From the NCBI GenBank assembly GCA_965238005.1, contig OZ250165.1, forward strand, positions 2,880,001 through 2,944,000: 64,000 nucleotides of DNA. The letters run 5' to 3'. Position numbers and translations under genes: made by a program. This DNA comes from Longimicrobiales bacterium. GTDB lineage: Bacteria > Gemmatimonadota > Gemmatimonadetes > Longimicrobiales > Gaopeijiaceae. The notes under the pieces were generated by a model. The model had not been told where the DNA came from, did not search any database, and saw only the letters and a list, made by a program, of their open reading frames with translations. Positions 40,113 to 50,672 of this stretch are shown in pieces; the stretch's first letter is position 1; the number at the start of each line of letters is the position of its first letter.

Positions 40113-42635
40113 TTGAGGTCCGCCCGCAAGATCGGGCTGAGCGCGGCTCTCCTCGCAGTCGGCCTGTACGTCGGTGCAAAGCCCGTGGGGCCCATCCCCG
40201 CTCTCGGTCCCTTCCTCGACCCCGTAGGGGGCGTCTGGGCCAGCGCCCGGGGCACCACTCTGCCCGCTGCGGTCACGCATACCGTGCCGGGCCTCTCCGG
40301 AGAGGTCCGGATCGTCTACGACGACAGGCGGGTTCCCCACATCTTCGCCGAGACCGTGGAGGACGTGGTCCGCGGCCTTGGATACGCGGTGGCCCGCGAT
40401 CGCCTCTTTCAGCTGGAGCTCCAGACGCGAGCCACCGCCGGCACGTTGACGGAGCTCGTGGGTGAGACCGCGCTGCCGACGGATCGGCAATCCAGGCGGC
40501 TGGCTCTCGCCTGGTCGGCGGAGAGGGACTACTCGAGAATGGAGCCCGGGTCGGACCTGACCACCTATCTCGAGGCCTACTCCGACGGCGTCAATGCGTG
40601 GATGCGTGAGATGTCCCCGTCGGAGGTCCCACTGGAGTATCACATGCTCGGCCGTACGCCCATGTCCTGGCAACCGCAGTATTCCCTGTACGTGCTCAAA
40701 CGCATGGGCTGGACTCTGGCGATGATCAATACCGAGCGCCGAAAGAACGCCGCGGCGGCGCTGGTGGGTCGGGAGGCGGCCGACGGGCTCTTCCCGGTGA
40801 ACGCGCCGATCCAGGAGCCGATCCAGCCGCACGGATTGCGGCAAGCCCGTTTCGACCCGGTGACACTGCCACCGCCGGGCGAGCCGGCTCCCGGCATGAT
40901 CGTTCAGCTGGAGGCCCTCCAGGCGTTCCTGGGTCCCATGGACGACGCCGGAGCCGGCTCGGGTGAGACGGTTCTGGGCTCCAACAACTGGGCCATCGGT
41001 CCCTCCCGGTCGGCCGAGGGACACGCCATTCTCGCCGGCGATCCCCACCTCGATCTCACCTTGCCCAGCATCTGGTACGAGGCTCATCTCGTGGTTCAGG
41101 GAGAGCTGGACGTCTACGGCGTGACCATCCCCGGCACCCCCACCATCACCATCGGCTTCAACCGCGACGTGGCCTGGAGCTTCACAAATACCGGGTCCGA
41201 CGTGATGGATCTCTACCGCGAGACGGTCGACGACGCCGATCGTCCCGGGAGTTATCGGCTGGACGGCGGGTGGCGCCCGTTCGAGCGGCGCATCGAGACC
41301 TATCGGGCGAAGGACGGGTCCGTGCTCGCGGTCGACACGATCCTGCACACGCACCGGGGTCCCGTGAGCCGCGCCTCCGGTGAGTACGTCTCCCTGCGCT
41401 GGACTGTGCTGGAGGACCAGGGCGAGCTTATGTCGCTCCTCGGCGTCAACCGCGCCGGCTCAGTGGAGGAGTGGCTGTCGGCCATGGAGGCCTGGGTTGC
41501 ACCGACCCAGAACGGCCTGGTGGCCGACCGACAGGGGAACATCGCCATCCGGTCCTCGGGTCGATACCCTATGCGACCGGCCGGTGCCCGCGGAGACTGG
41601 GTGTTTGACGGCTCGACTTCGAGCAACGATTGGCAAGGCTGGTATGCGTTGTCGAGCTACCCGGGCTCCGTGAACCCGGCCCAGGGCTACCTCGCCTCGA
41701 ACAACCAGCAGCCGGTTGACCCGAGCTACGACGACAGGTACCTGGGAGCCGACTGGCCGTCGCCATGGCGAGCCATGCGGATCAACCAACTGCTCCGTGC
41801 CGACTCCGTCTTCACAGCGGCGGATCTGGCCCGATTCCAGACCGACCCCGGGAGCCCCCGAGCGGATGTGTTCGTGGAGGCGTTCCTCCAGGCGGCGGGA
41901 CGGAGCTCAGAGACGCCGGCATCCACCGATGGAAGCGGCGGGAGCTCTGACGAGGGCGGCTCCCCGGCCGCGGAAGCCGCGCGGCTCCTGGCCGAGTGGG
42001 ATCGGCGCTACACCAAGGACAACACCCGTGCCGCCTTGTTCGAGCTGGCCATGAACGAGCTGGCGCGCCGAACCTGGGACGAGCTCACGGAGACTAGCGG
42101 CCGACGGGTCGCGACTCCGAGAACCGCCATCCTCGCCACCCTCCTTGCGGACCCGGCAAGCGCTTGGTGGGACGATCGCTCCACCCCGAACGTCGTCGAG
42201 TCACGAGACGACATGCTCTCAGCCTCGCTGGCGGCCGCCCTCACCGCAGCCCGGGATGTATACGGTCCCGAGTCGGAGGACGGCTGGCTGTGGAGCCGGG
42301 TGGGCAGGGCCAACGTCGTCCACTTCCTCGGGATTTCGGCTTTCTCGGCCCTGGATCTCCCGATTCGCGGAGGGCCCGAGACATTGAATCCCAACTCGGG
42401 CAACGGTAGGGACGGTGCCAGCTGGCGCATGGTCGTGGAGCTCGGCGACGAGGTCGAGGCGCGAGGTACCTACCCGGGGGGACAGTCCGGACATCCCCTG
42501 AGCCCCGACTACAGGGACCGGCTCGACGACTGGGTCGAAGGGGAGCTCCAGCCGCTCCGGTTCCCCGAGAGCGCCGAGGAGCTCGCGGAGCTCTCACGAT
42601 CCCAGGCGACCCTTCGACCGGGGACCGGACGATGA
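40113..42635 (+). CDS. Penicillin acylase family Ntn hydrolase (S45)
   Basis: VPHIFA, DRLFQ, autoprocessing site G|SNNW, GDPHL, PGGQSG; TTG start inferred. Confidence 0.92.
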   Translation: MRSARKIGLSAALLAVGLYVGAKPVGPIPALGPFLDPVGGVWASARGTTLPAAVTHTVPGLSGEVRIVYDDRRVPHIFAETVEDVVRGLGYAVARDRLFQLELQTRATAGTLTELVGETALPTDRQSRRLALAWSAERDYSRMEPGSDLTTYLEAYSDGVNAWMREMSPSEVPLEYHMLGRTPMSWQPQYSLYVLKRMGWTLAMINTERRKNAAAALVGREAADGLFPVNAPIQEPIQPHGLRQARFDPVTLPPPGEPAPGMIVQLEALQAFLGPMDDAGAGSGETVLGSNNWAIGPSRSAEGHAILAGDPHLDLTLPSIWYEAHLVVQGELDVYGVTIPGTPTITIGFNRDVAWSFTNTGSDVMDLYRETVDDADRPGSYRLDGGWRPFERRIETYRAKDGSVLAVDTILHTHRGPVSRASGEYVSLRWTVLEDQGELMSLLGVNRAGSVEEWLSAMEAWVAPTQNGLVADRQGNIAIRSSGRYPMRPAGARGDWVFDGSTSSNDWQGWYALSSYPGSVNPAQGYLASNNQQPVDPSYDDRYLGADWPSPWRAMRINQLLRADSVFTAADLARFQTDPGSPRADVFVEAFLQAAGRSSETPASTDGSGGSSDEGGSPAAEAARLLAEWDRRYTKDNTRAALFELAMNELARRTWDELTETSGRRVATPRTAILATLLADPASAWWDDRSTPNVVESRDDMLSASLAAALTAARDVYGPESEDGWLWSRVGRANVVHFLGISAFSALDLPIRGGPETLNPNSGNGRDGASWRMVVELGDEVEARGTYPGGQSGHPLSPDYRDRLDDWVEGELQPLRFPESAEELAELSRSQATLRPGTGR

Positions 42636-42955
42636 CCATCTTGCTCCTGACAAGCGCGATGGCGCTTGGCACGGCCCTTCTCGGGTGGTGGGCGATCCCC
42701 CTGTTGGGGCTGATCTACGGGGCTTGGCGGGGAGCAGAGAGGGGCACGGCCGTGGCAGCGGCCAGCGCGCTCTTGGGATGGAGCGTCCTCATGGCATGGA
42801 ATTGGATGGAGGGCCCTGTGGCGGAGCTTTCGGGATCCCTCGGTGCCGTCATGGGATTACCGGGCTGGTCGCTACTCCTGGCGACTGCGCTGTTCCCGGC
42901 CGTCCTGGCCGGGACCGCAGCTGTGGTGGGCGCCGCCATCCGGCGACGCGGCTAA
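42632..42955 (+). CDS. Small hydrophobic membrane protein
   Basis: ATGA overlap with acylase; about 3 TM segments. Confidence 0.7.
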   Translation: MTILLLTSAMALGTALLGWWAIPLLGLIYGAWRGAERGTAVAAASALLGWSVLMAWNWMEGPVAELSGSLGAVMGLPGWSLLLATALFPAVLAGTAAVVGAAIRRRG

Positions 42956-43055
42956 CCTCGGGTTGGTCGCCGGAATGATCGACAACCACGACTTTCACGA
43001 AGCCGCTGCCGACATCCAGCCCTACCGACTCTTTGCTGCGTCCGAAGAAGCCCAT
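42941..43055 (-). pseudogene. pilM: Truncated type IV pilus assembly protein PilM (first ~38 codons)
   Basis: MGFFGRSKESVGLDVGSGFVKVV, the PilM/FtsA phosphate-1 motif; similarity ends where it meets the convergent gene. Confidence 0.8.
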
Positions 43056-43265
43056 TCAGCCCTCATCTCGTGGGGCGCGGGAACATATATTTACCTGAAA
43101 CCTAAATCAGGTTACCACTAGAATCCAAGCATTGTCAGGAGATTTTTTGTGCAGTGCATTTCAAAAGATTGGTAAACATTTGATGTAGACACCCGTCTAC
43201 CGGCGGGCATGAACGGGCATGAGAAGCCACCTCATCCTCCGCCCTCGACTCCGCACGGTGACACC

Positions 43266-44422
43266 CTAGCTTCCGGAGGTCGCCGAAAGATCGACCCAGC
43301 TCCGGGAGGCCAGAGGCCGAACCCGGGTGAGGCTCGAGTTGTTGATGATGGCCCGGCTCACGGCGCACGTGGAGTTCGTGACGACGGATCCGCCCACTAG
43401 GGCCTGGGCGTCGAAGCTGGCGTTGCTGGCCATGACCCCACCGTAGACCCGGTTCCCTGAGCCCTGGGTCCCTATACTCCCTTGGACGATGATGATGCCG
43501 TAGAAGACGAAGTTACCCCGCAGCTCGAGGTCTCCTTCCACGAGCAAGATTCCCTGGCCCACGCCTCCGGACTGGATCCGACCGTTACCGTTGACGTGGA
43601 TGATTGGGTACCAGTCGAAGCAGGCCGCTCCGGGGTTCAGGGGATTGCCCCAGTTGCTGGGGAACGCCTGGCCCGTATTGCAAGCACCGGCGGTCGTGCT
43701 GTCGGGAGCCGTGTTGTTGATGTTTCCGCCAGCGAGGCTGATGTCCGCCATGGCGGTGAGGTCATCCCACGTCAGGTCGCCAAATTTGCTGAAGGTCGAG
43801 TCGGAGATGGAGGTGTCCTCCTCCACGGCCGGATCTCCCGTGATGACCGCTCCACCCTGGGTACCGACCTGGCTGGCGTTGTCCGTGAGGACGCCCGGCT
43901 TGTTTTCCAGTGCGCCCGGGCAGACGCCTCCCCAACCCCCGGGAACCTCGTCCTCGCCGTGCACCTCGGCCGTGCCTCGGAGCGTCGTCGGTCCCCGTGT
44001 GGTCAGCGCCGCGGGGGGCTCGATGTCGGCCGCGGCTAGGCGCACGGTGACGCCCACTCGCCGCGACGCCCCCGAGAGCATGGCGCCGCCCCTGGTGACC
44101 GGCCGTCGGCGTCCACGAAGTACAGGTTGTCGGTCATCTTGGTGACACGGGCGGTGACACGCCCCACACCCAGGTAGTCTCGCGTAACGGTGGTGTCACC
44201 CCAGTCCGGCAGCGCTCCGAAGAGAGCGGAGTCCCAGTTGGCCATGAGGTCCACCAGGCCCTGCTCGGTCAGATAGAAGGCCAGGCCGGTGTGCTCGCTC
44301 GCCGCTCCGATGCGCCCCTCTTGGCGCGCCATGAAGAACCCGCCGGTCATGATGAGGCCCACGACCACAAGGGCGAAGACCGCCACGGGAAGGGCGAAGC
44401 CGCGCTGTTCTTTCTCTTCCAT
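43266..44422 (-). pseudogene. PilX-like minor pilin, frameshifted at ~44101
   Basis: RG|FALPVAVF N-terminus (no Glu5); adding one base at GGC^CG GTC joins ORFs 44036-44422 and 43266-44081. Confidence 0.78.
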
Positions 44423-44459
44423 CTCAGCCTACCTCGATTGGCCCGATCCTGGCCGTTCG

Positions 44460-45260
44460 CTAATTCCGTAGATAGATCGCAGTTGTGAGGGAGTCCGCTA
44501 CGGGAACTCCCCGCTTGTCCACGACCCTCGATCTCGACCGAAGCGTCACCTCGATCTGTGAGACTGCCGTGGGGTTCGTTGTGACGTTCCCGAGGGAGTC
44601 CAAGTAGATGAACGAGACTCCATTCGGGGAGAGTGGCCCCACCAGTTGCGCCGTCGTCGTGCCGGACCGGCGGGCCAGATAGTAGTCCTCGCCCAGCGTG
44701 TATAATCCATACGTGTAGACCGTGAACCCTCGGACCGGGGCACCTACCCGCACCGTGTCGTTCGCCAGCGCCGAGACCAACGCGGGAACTGCGAGCGACT
44801 GTGCAGTATCTGCTCCTGAGCACGTCTGGGTCGTGTCGACGCTGCTCACAACACCGGAGAGGATCGTGTCGTCGCTCGAGACGTCCGGATCGTTGTCGGC
44901 CAACACCACGATGGAGTCTCCGCTCTCGAAAAAGCCACCGATCCTCTTCACCCGGATGGGGCTTCCGGCCGCGTTCACGCCGCACACCAGGCCGAAGGCC
45001 CGCATGGCCCGGACCTCGATCCGATCCGAGCCCATGGTCAGGATATCGCCTTCGGAGCGGCTAATCTCCCTGAGCTCCGAGAACAGGATGGCGATCCCCG
45101 CACGCACGGTCTGCTGGCCCTGAATCTGCGCCGTCTGGACCGTGTAGGCTCTCTGACTCGAGAGCATGATCTCGTACGTGGAGCCGACCACGACGGCGCC
45201 GAGCACGGCGACGATGATGAGCTCCACGAGTGTGAATCCGCGCCTGTCACCCTTCTTCAT
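44460..45260 (-). CDS. PilW-like minor pilin
   Basis: RG|FTLVELII; ends LRN. Confidence 0.88.
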   Translation of the reverse strand: MKKGDRRGFTLVELIIVAVLGAVVVGSTYEIMLSSQRAYTVQTAQIQGQQTVRAGIAILFSELREISRSEGDILTMGSDRIEVRAMRAFGLVCGVNAAGSPIRVKRIGGFFESGDSIVVLADNDPDVSSDDTILSGVVSSVDTTQTCSGADTAQSLAVPALVSALANDTVRVGAPVRGFTVYTYGLYTLGEDYYLARRSGTTTAQLVGPLSPNGVSFIYLDSLGNVTTNPTAVSQIEVTLRSRSRVVDKRGVPVADSLTTAIYLRN

Positions 45261-45664
45261 GGTCTGAGCACCCTAAAGAGCAACGTGTCCGCGACGGCAT
45301 TGGATAGCATGGGGATCGACTGACCCTCGGATATGGAGGCCAGACCCGGACCCACCGTAACGATGCGGACGGCCTTGGTCTGCGCCGTAGTGGCGGTCAC
45401 CGACCAGGAAACCACCATGGGGCCGATGTTGTCTCCTCCGGCGCCGATCGAGTCGTACGGGGTCGAGCGGATACGCTCCATCACACTCTGGATGGCAACG
45501 GCCCGAGCCGTCGTGACCTCGGACAGAGTCAGCTGGCGGGTAACGAAGAGAGTCGTGGTGGCCAACCCCAGCACGCCGAAGGCGAGGACGAAGATGGCCA
45601 TGACCAGTTCGACGAGCGAAAAGCCCGCCTTGGCGCGGGTCTCCACTGCATCTGGTGCGCACAT
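45257..45664 (-). CDS. PilV-like minor pilin
   Basis: AG|FSLVELVMAIFVLAFGVLGL. Confidence 0.85.
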   Translation of the reverse strand: MCAPDAVETRAKAGFSLVELVMAIFVLAFGVLGLATTTLFVTRQLTLSEVTTARAVAIQSVMERIRSTPYDSIGAGGDNIGPMVVSWSVTATTAQTKAVRIVTVGPGLASISEGQSIPMLSNAVADTLLFRVLRP

Positions 45665-46119
45665 CAGTTGGCCACCATCTGCCCAAGCGTGAGAACGCGT
45701 ACCGATGCGGTGTCCGACGTGAGCAGGAAGGTCACGGTCACGGGAGAAGAGAAGTTGTTGCATCCCGTGTCGGCGAAGCCGCGAGGATTCATGCACAGTT
45801 GCAGGTTCGAGTCGGTCGACGTCCGGATGTCCACGTTGAACTCCTCATCGAAGTGCAGGACCTCGAGGACCTCGCCACCCGTGCTCAGCCACACGCTGTC
45901 ACCGCCCGCATCGACGTTCAGCCGTACTGTCCGTCCATACTCCACGGCCTGTGCCCGGGCGCGAGCGTGCATGGACATGAAGGTCTGCCGTGCCCCCTTT
46001 ACCGCGAAGCGCCCGGAGACCCCGCTGAAGCTCGTGATGACGATGCTGGTGAGAATCGAGCCTATCATGAGTACGATCACGAGCTCGATTACTGAAAAGC
46101 CTGACCTTCCATGGTTCAT
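45664..46119 (-). CDS. FimT/FimU (GspH-like) minor pilin
   Basis: SG|FSVIELVIV, ARAQAV, NPRG. Confidence 0.85.
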   Translation of the reverse strand: MNHGRSGFSVIELVIVLMIGSILTSIVITSFSGVSGRFAVKGARQTFMSMHARARAQAVEYGRTVRLNVDAGGDSVWLSTGGEVLEVLHFDEEFNVDIRTSTDSNLQLCMNPRGFADTGCNNFSSPVTVTFLLTSDTASVRVLTLGQMVAN

Positions 46120-46164
46120 ATCTATTCGTTGACTAAGGCGATTGGCGGCCTCGGTGGACTGTCC

Positions 46165-46179
46165 GCGAGATCCGTGCCG
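46165..46179 (-). promoter_or_regulatory. Possible sigma54 -24/-12 promoter
   Basis: CGGCACGGATCTCGC (GG-N10-GC), ~45 bp upstream of the fimT-like start. Confidence 0.45.
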
Positions 46180-46461
46180 CGTAGAAATGTCAACAACCAC
46201 AGGCCTCTTGCCCTCGGGTAGCCCTATTCTCGGGCAAACTCTTACCGGACACCGGAAAAAAGTATCCCGTCGAAACGCCCGACCGGGGGGGCAAAACGAG
46301 AGGGTGTTGCCACCTGCCGCGGCCACCTCGGGTGGGATCCGTACGCACGGCTCGGCGCCGGCGGGAACCGGCCAGACCTTGGGCAGTTGCTGAACGACGG
46401 ATACGTCCGCAGCGACCTCAGGACCACTACGAAGATCTTCGGCGCGAAGAAGCCCGGCGGT

Positions 46462-46551
46462 TAGTGTTCCGTTGCCGAAGTTCGCGAGCCACCAAGAGGG
46501 TCGGCGCGCCGTGCCCTCGACTGGCCGAGACACTTTGGCAACGGGACACTA
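46462..46551. mobile_element. MITE copy 2 (90 bp, centre deleted)
   Basis: TIRs TAGTGTTCCGTTGCCGAAGT / ACTTTGGCAACGGGACACTA. Confidence 0.88.
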
Positions 46552-47659
46552 CCCTGGGTCCTCGAGCCAAGCCCCTTCCGGGAGAGGGATCAGGCTATGC
46601 AGTGACTCCGCGGCCTCCAGAGCAGCAAGGGCCGCGCAGGCCGAGCCCACGATCTCGCAGCCGCCACTCAGCGTCACCGACCCTCTCACACGAAGCAGTC
46701 CGCTGATCTCGGCGCCGCTCTGGACCAACAGATCCCCGGCCACGATGACCACCCCGAAGTAGCGGGCACCGGCAGACAGGGTCGCATCTCCGGCGACCAG
46801 AAGCACACCCTGACCGCCCCCCCCCTTCGATCACGAGCGAACCCTCCGACGCCACCACAGGCCGATACGACGCGCAGGGGTCGAGCGGGTTCAGTGGCGC
46901 TCCCCAGTTCGCAGTTGAGGCGCGATCGCAGTCACCCGGAAAGCTTCGGGGTGAAGGAGACACAAGCCCGCCCACCCGCAGGTCGGCCCCGGCCATGAGA
47001 GCCTCATGGTCGAGGAGCCCGAGGGAGGGCAACTGTGCCTGTCCGCTCCGCTCGCTCGGCCCCGGATCGGGCTGGGGGAGATCCTCCACGAGCTCGGCCC
47101 ATGGCGCTACGCCTCCGGCGAAGAGCGTGTCGAGGCCCGGGCGGTATCCGGCACATCGATCCTCGGACCACGGAGGCGGAGCTCGAAGTACGCGTGCCAC
47201 ATCGATACGGCTTCCGCCGGTGAGGGTAACGGTCCCTCCGCTCTCGACGATCCCGAGGGAGGCCCCGACCCTGGCATTCGGGCTCATCCCCCAGTAGAGG
47301 CGCGTGGCCCTGTGAGCCCCGGGAAGCCGCTCCAACACCCCTTCGGAACGCAGCAGCACGAGCTCCGGCGAGAGCCGCAGAGCTCTCGTCACGAATCGGG
47401 CCCGGGGCGGGATGCGCCCCTCCCCCGTCGGAGCCCACTCGCCGGCGGGAAGAGACCGGACGGCAGAGATCCCTCGCGAAGCGATGTCCACGCCTCCCTC
47501 CGCAGCCAGGCGCCGGGCCAACGCGGCCCAGCGAGCACGGGAGACCGAGAGCTCGGATCGAGAGAGGACAAGCAGGCCGTGACCCGTAGCCGTCACGGCC
47601 ATGAGGAGGAGGAGCACCACAATCAGCACGTAGCCCCTCTTGTGGCCCGCGTCGCTCAC
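46549..47659 (-). pseudogene. Second PilX-like minor pilin, frameshifted in a G9 tract (46817-46825)
   Basis: RG|YVLIVVL N-terminus; G8 instead of G9 restores EGGGGQGVLLVAGD, paralogous to GQGILLVEGD of the first PilX. Confidence 0.78.
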
Positions 47660-48393
47660 TCTCCCTCGCCGGGTGGGGTCACTTCCCTGGACCAGAGCGG
47701 TATCCACGTCAACCATATACCACCACCCCACGGCGCCCGATCGCTGACCAGCCGCAGGAGGACCCGTTCGCGGCTGCCCTCCATGCCGGAAGCGCCCCGG
47801 AAGACTTCGGGAGTTAGAGGCTGCCTGCCTCCCCTCCCTCTCCTGTAGCGGAGGGCTCCTCCTGCGACATGGTAGCTCCCGTGCTCGAAGACGCGCAGCA
47901 GAGGACCCGAGATGGGCGGATCGACCGCCCACACCTCCGCATCCGAGTCCAGACCGTCGGAGCACGCTGGCTCCCTTGTCCTGGCTCGGTCGACCAGGTC
48001 GGCGGGCCGCCACCCTCCTTTGGTGAGCACCAGCACCGAGTCCTTGACCGGGTTCGGCCTTCGCTCACCGCGGTAGGCCACCACGACCGTCCCCGGGCGG
48101 GCGGCGACCGACGCACACGAGAGTCCCCAGCCCCGGAACACCCGCAATGGGAGACTGTCGCCCGCCGGGTCCAGCCAATCTCTTCCGGCTACCCCTCGTC
48201 TGAGGTCTCTCCCAAGCACCGTCGCCGCCACGCGCCGCGCCGACAGCACATCCATTTCGTGCATGAGTCGGACGGCCACGAGCCTCTGGCGGGAGAGGAT
48301 GCGCCAGCCCAGCCCGACCAGGGCCAACCCCAGGAGGAGAGACACCAGGGCCTCGGCCACCACGATCCCCCGGCGGTCAGGGAGCAGAGGCAC
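47656..48393 (-). CDS. PilW-like minor pilin (divergent)
   Basis: RG|IVVAEALV hydrophobic helix with Glu5; operon position. Confidence 0.7.
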   Translation of the reverse strand: MPLLPDRRGIVVAEALVSLLLGLALVGLGWRILSRQRLVAVRLMHEMDVLSARRVAATVLGRDLRRGVAGRDWLDPAGDSLPLRVFRGWGLSCASVAARPGTVVVAYRGERRPNPVKDSVLVLTKGGWRPADLVDRARTREPACSDGLDSDAEVWAVDPPISGPLLRVFEHGSYHVAGGALRYRRGRGGRQPLTPEVFRGASGMEGSRERVLLRLVSDRAPWGGGIWLTWIPLWSREVTPPGEGE

Positions 48394-48712
48394 CCCCGAC
48401 CGGGAAGCCCAGCGTCAGGCTCAGATCCCGGTGGCCTTCGAAGGTGACCGTGACCATTCCCGACCCTCCGCGCGACCAGCGTAGCTCCCCCTCGTCCATG
48501 ACACGGCTCCCGGCTCCGCTCCACCCAGCCCGCACCAGAGAGTCCGCCAGCCCTTCCACGGCCTGGGAAACCGACTCGAGCGTGAGGGCGACCTGAAGCG
48601 TTCGCTGGGCCTGCAGAGTCATCCCGACCGCACCCAGCAAGCCCACCTCCAAAACGACGAGAGCGATCAACACCTCGACCAGGCTGAAGCCAGGGCCACG
48701 GACCTCACGCAT
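48377..48712 (-). CDS. PilV-like minor pilin
   Basis: PG|FSLVEVLIALVVLEVGLLG. Confidence 0.8.
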   Translation of the reverse strand: MREVRGPGFSLVEVLIALVVLEVGLLGAVGMTLQAQRTLQVALTLESVSQAVEGLADSLVRAGWSGAGSRVMDEGELRWSRGGSGMVTVTFEGHRDLSLTLGFPVGGASAP

Positions 48713-48777
48713 GGATTTCGCGGGCTCGACCTCGGCGCTCGGTCCTGGACCTCTGAGCCATCCCCGGGATCGATGTG

Positions 48778-49206
48778 TCATTCCCGTCGGATTCGTCCGT
48801 AGGCCGAGACGACAAGACGGGCTACGGCCGCGCCTCGGCGAAACGTTATCGAGCGAGCGGCCATCTGCCCAAGCCCCACCCCGTCGAAGCGGAACTCCAC
48901 ACTGGGACGCCCACCCGAGATCACCAGCTCCACCCCGTGGCGCCCCCACAGGTCGACGTGCTCCCGGATCACCCGGCCCGCGGTTATCCAGGCCGCGGGC
49001 GGCTGGTGTTCAACGACCACCATCGCTCCTCCGTGGACGAGTGCCTGACCCCGGGCCCGCACGATGAGACCCACGAGCTCCTCGCGAGCCACCACAACGG
49101 AGAGGCGGTCGTCCACGCTCCGAGCGGCCGGCAGCAGAAGGCTCACCCCGACGGCGACGAGACCGAGGGCACAGACGAGCTCGAGGATCGAGAAGCCGCG
49201 GCACAT
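48778..49206 (-). CDS. FimT/GspH-like minor pilin
   Basis: RG|FSILELV, ARGQAL, FDGVG, VVSAYGRIR. Confidence 0.8.
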   Translation of the reverse strand: MCRGFSILELVCALGLVAVGVSLLLPAARSVDDRLSVVVAREELVGLIVRARGQALVHGGAMVVVEHQPPAAWITAGRVIREHVDLWGRHGVELVISGGRPSVEFRFDGVGLGQMAARSITFRRGAAVARLVVSAYGRIRRE

Positions 49207-49266
49207 GGGTATACCATGGCACCGTGGCTCGGGCGTTGGGATGCTCCGGCGGGCCTGGCGGCCTCG

Positions 49267-49288
49267 GGCCCCTAGCTAGCTAGGGGCC
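49267..49288. repeat. Perfect 22-bp palindrome containing (CTAG)3
   Basis: GGCCCCTAGCTAGCTAGGGGCC. Confidence 0.85.
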
Positions 49289-49316
49289 TGTCCGACTAGT
49301 GGGGCGAGCCACGTCA

Positions 49317-50672
49317 CTACGCGAGGCCGTAGTCCTGGATCTTGTAACGCAGCGCCCGGGGCGAGAGCTCGAGGAGCGCCGCCGCCTTCGAGCGATTGCC
49401 GCCTGTTCGTTCGAGGGCGCGCTTGATGAGCTGCGCCTCGAGCTCGGCGCATCGGCGCTTCACCGAGAGATCATCTGAAGCGTAGCCGGGCTCAATGACG
49501 ACGTCCGCAGCACGGAGACGACCAGAAAGGCTGTCCTCGTCGAGCGTGTCGCCTTCGGCGAGCACGACTGCCTGCTCCAGCACGTTCTCCAACTCGCGGA
49601 TATTCCCGGGCCAAGGATATGCCAGAAGCGCCTTCATCGCCCCGGGCGTTACGGACCCCACCTTGAGGTTCAAGCGCTCCCGGAGGCGCCCGAGGAGGTG
49701 ATGGGTGAGGTCGGGAATCGCCTCCGTTCGCTCCCGCAGGGGGGGCAAGTGGATCGGGATCACGGCAAGCCGATAGTACAGGTCCTGGCGAAAATCTCCG
49801 GCGTGGACGGCGGACTCCAGGTCCCGGTTGGTCGCGGCCACGATCCGCACGCTCACGATCGTGGTTTCCGTGCCTCCCAACCGCCTGACCTCTCCGTCCT
49901 GAAGGACACGCAGGAGCTTCACCTGCAGCGACGTGGGAAGCTCCCCCACTTCGTCCAGGAACAGGGTGCCGCTTTCCGCGGCCTCGAAGAGGCCGGCCTT
50001 GTCACTGTCGGCTCCGGTGAAGGCGCCACGCACGTAACCGAAGAACTCGGACTCGAGGAGTGTCTCGGGGATCGCGCCACAATTCACGGGGACGAAGGGC
50101 CGGTCGGCCCGATCGCTCTCACGGTGGATGTGGCGCGCCATGAGCTCCTTCCCGGTCCCCGACTCACCGGTCAACAGCACCGAGGACTGATGCCGTGCCA
50201 CCTTTCCTGCCACCTCGAGCGCCCGAATCATGCCGGGGGATCGAGCGATGATGTCGCCGATGCGGCGCTCCGCCCGGACCTCGGCCCTGAGTCGTCCCAC
50301 CTCAGCCCGAAGACGCTCTCGCTCCTCAGCCTTTCGGATCGTGAGAAGGACCTCGTCAGCGCCGAACGGCTTGGGGATGTAGTCGTAGGCCCCCGCGACC
50401 ATGGCCTTCACGGCCAGATCGACGCTGCCGTACGCGGTCATCATGATGACGAGCGCACCGCCTTCCTCCTGCTGATACCGCTCGAGGAACTCGAGCCCGT
50501 CCATCTGAGGCATGCGTACGTCGCACAGGATCAGATCGGGCTCTTCGTTCTTGGCGACGGCGAGCCCGTCGGCACCGTTCGAGGCCACCACTACGCCGTG
50601 TCCGCCCTCGTCCAAGATCAGCGAGAGTGAACGCCGGAGTCCCTGATCGTCATCGATGACGAGGATCTTCAC
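49317..50672 (-). CDS. sigma54-dependent response regulator (NtrC family)
   Basis: REC domain, [22 protein letters not shown], Fis-type HTH. Confidence 0.95.
   Translation of the reverse strand: MKILVIDDDQGLRRSLSLILDEGGHGVVVASNGADGLAVAKNEEPDLILCDVRMPQMDGLEFLERYQQEEGGALVIMMTAYGSVDLAVKAMVAGAYDYIPKPFGADEVLLTIRKAEERERLRAEVGRLRAEVRAERRIGDIIARSPGMIRALEVAGKVARHQSSVLLTGESGTGKELMARHIHRESDRADRPFVPVNCGAIPETLLESEFFGYVRGAFTGADSDKAGLFEAAESGTLFLDEVGELPTSLQVKLLRVLQDGEVRRLGGTETTIVSVRIVAATNRDLESAVHAGDFRQDLYYRLAVIPIHLPPLRERTEAIPDLTHHLLGRLRERLNLKVGSVTPGAMKALLAYPWPGNIRELENVLEQAVVLAEGDTLDEDSLSGRLRAADVVIEPGYASDDLSVKRRCAELEAQLIKRALERTGGNRSKAAALLELSPRALRYKIQDYGLA

Noticed and set aside
40086..41354. 422-aa minus-strand ORF
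   Set aside because: Antisense shadow of the penicillin acylase
46231..46315. c-di-GMP-I riboswitch-like words (GGCAAAC, GAAA, GCAAAAC)
   Set aside because: On the strand opposite the pilin genes and P1/P2 do not assemble properly; an Infernal search would settle it
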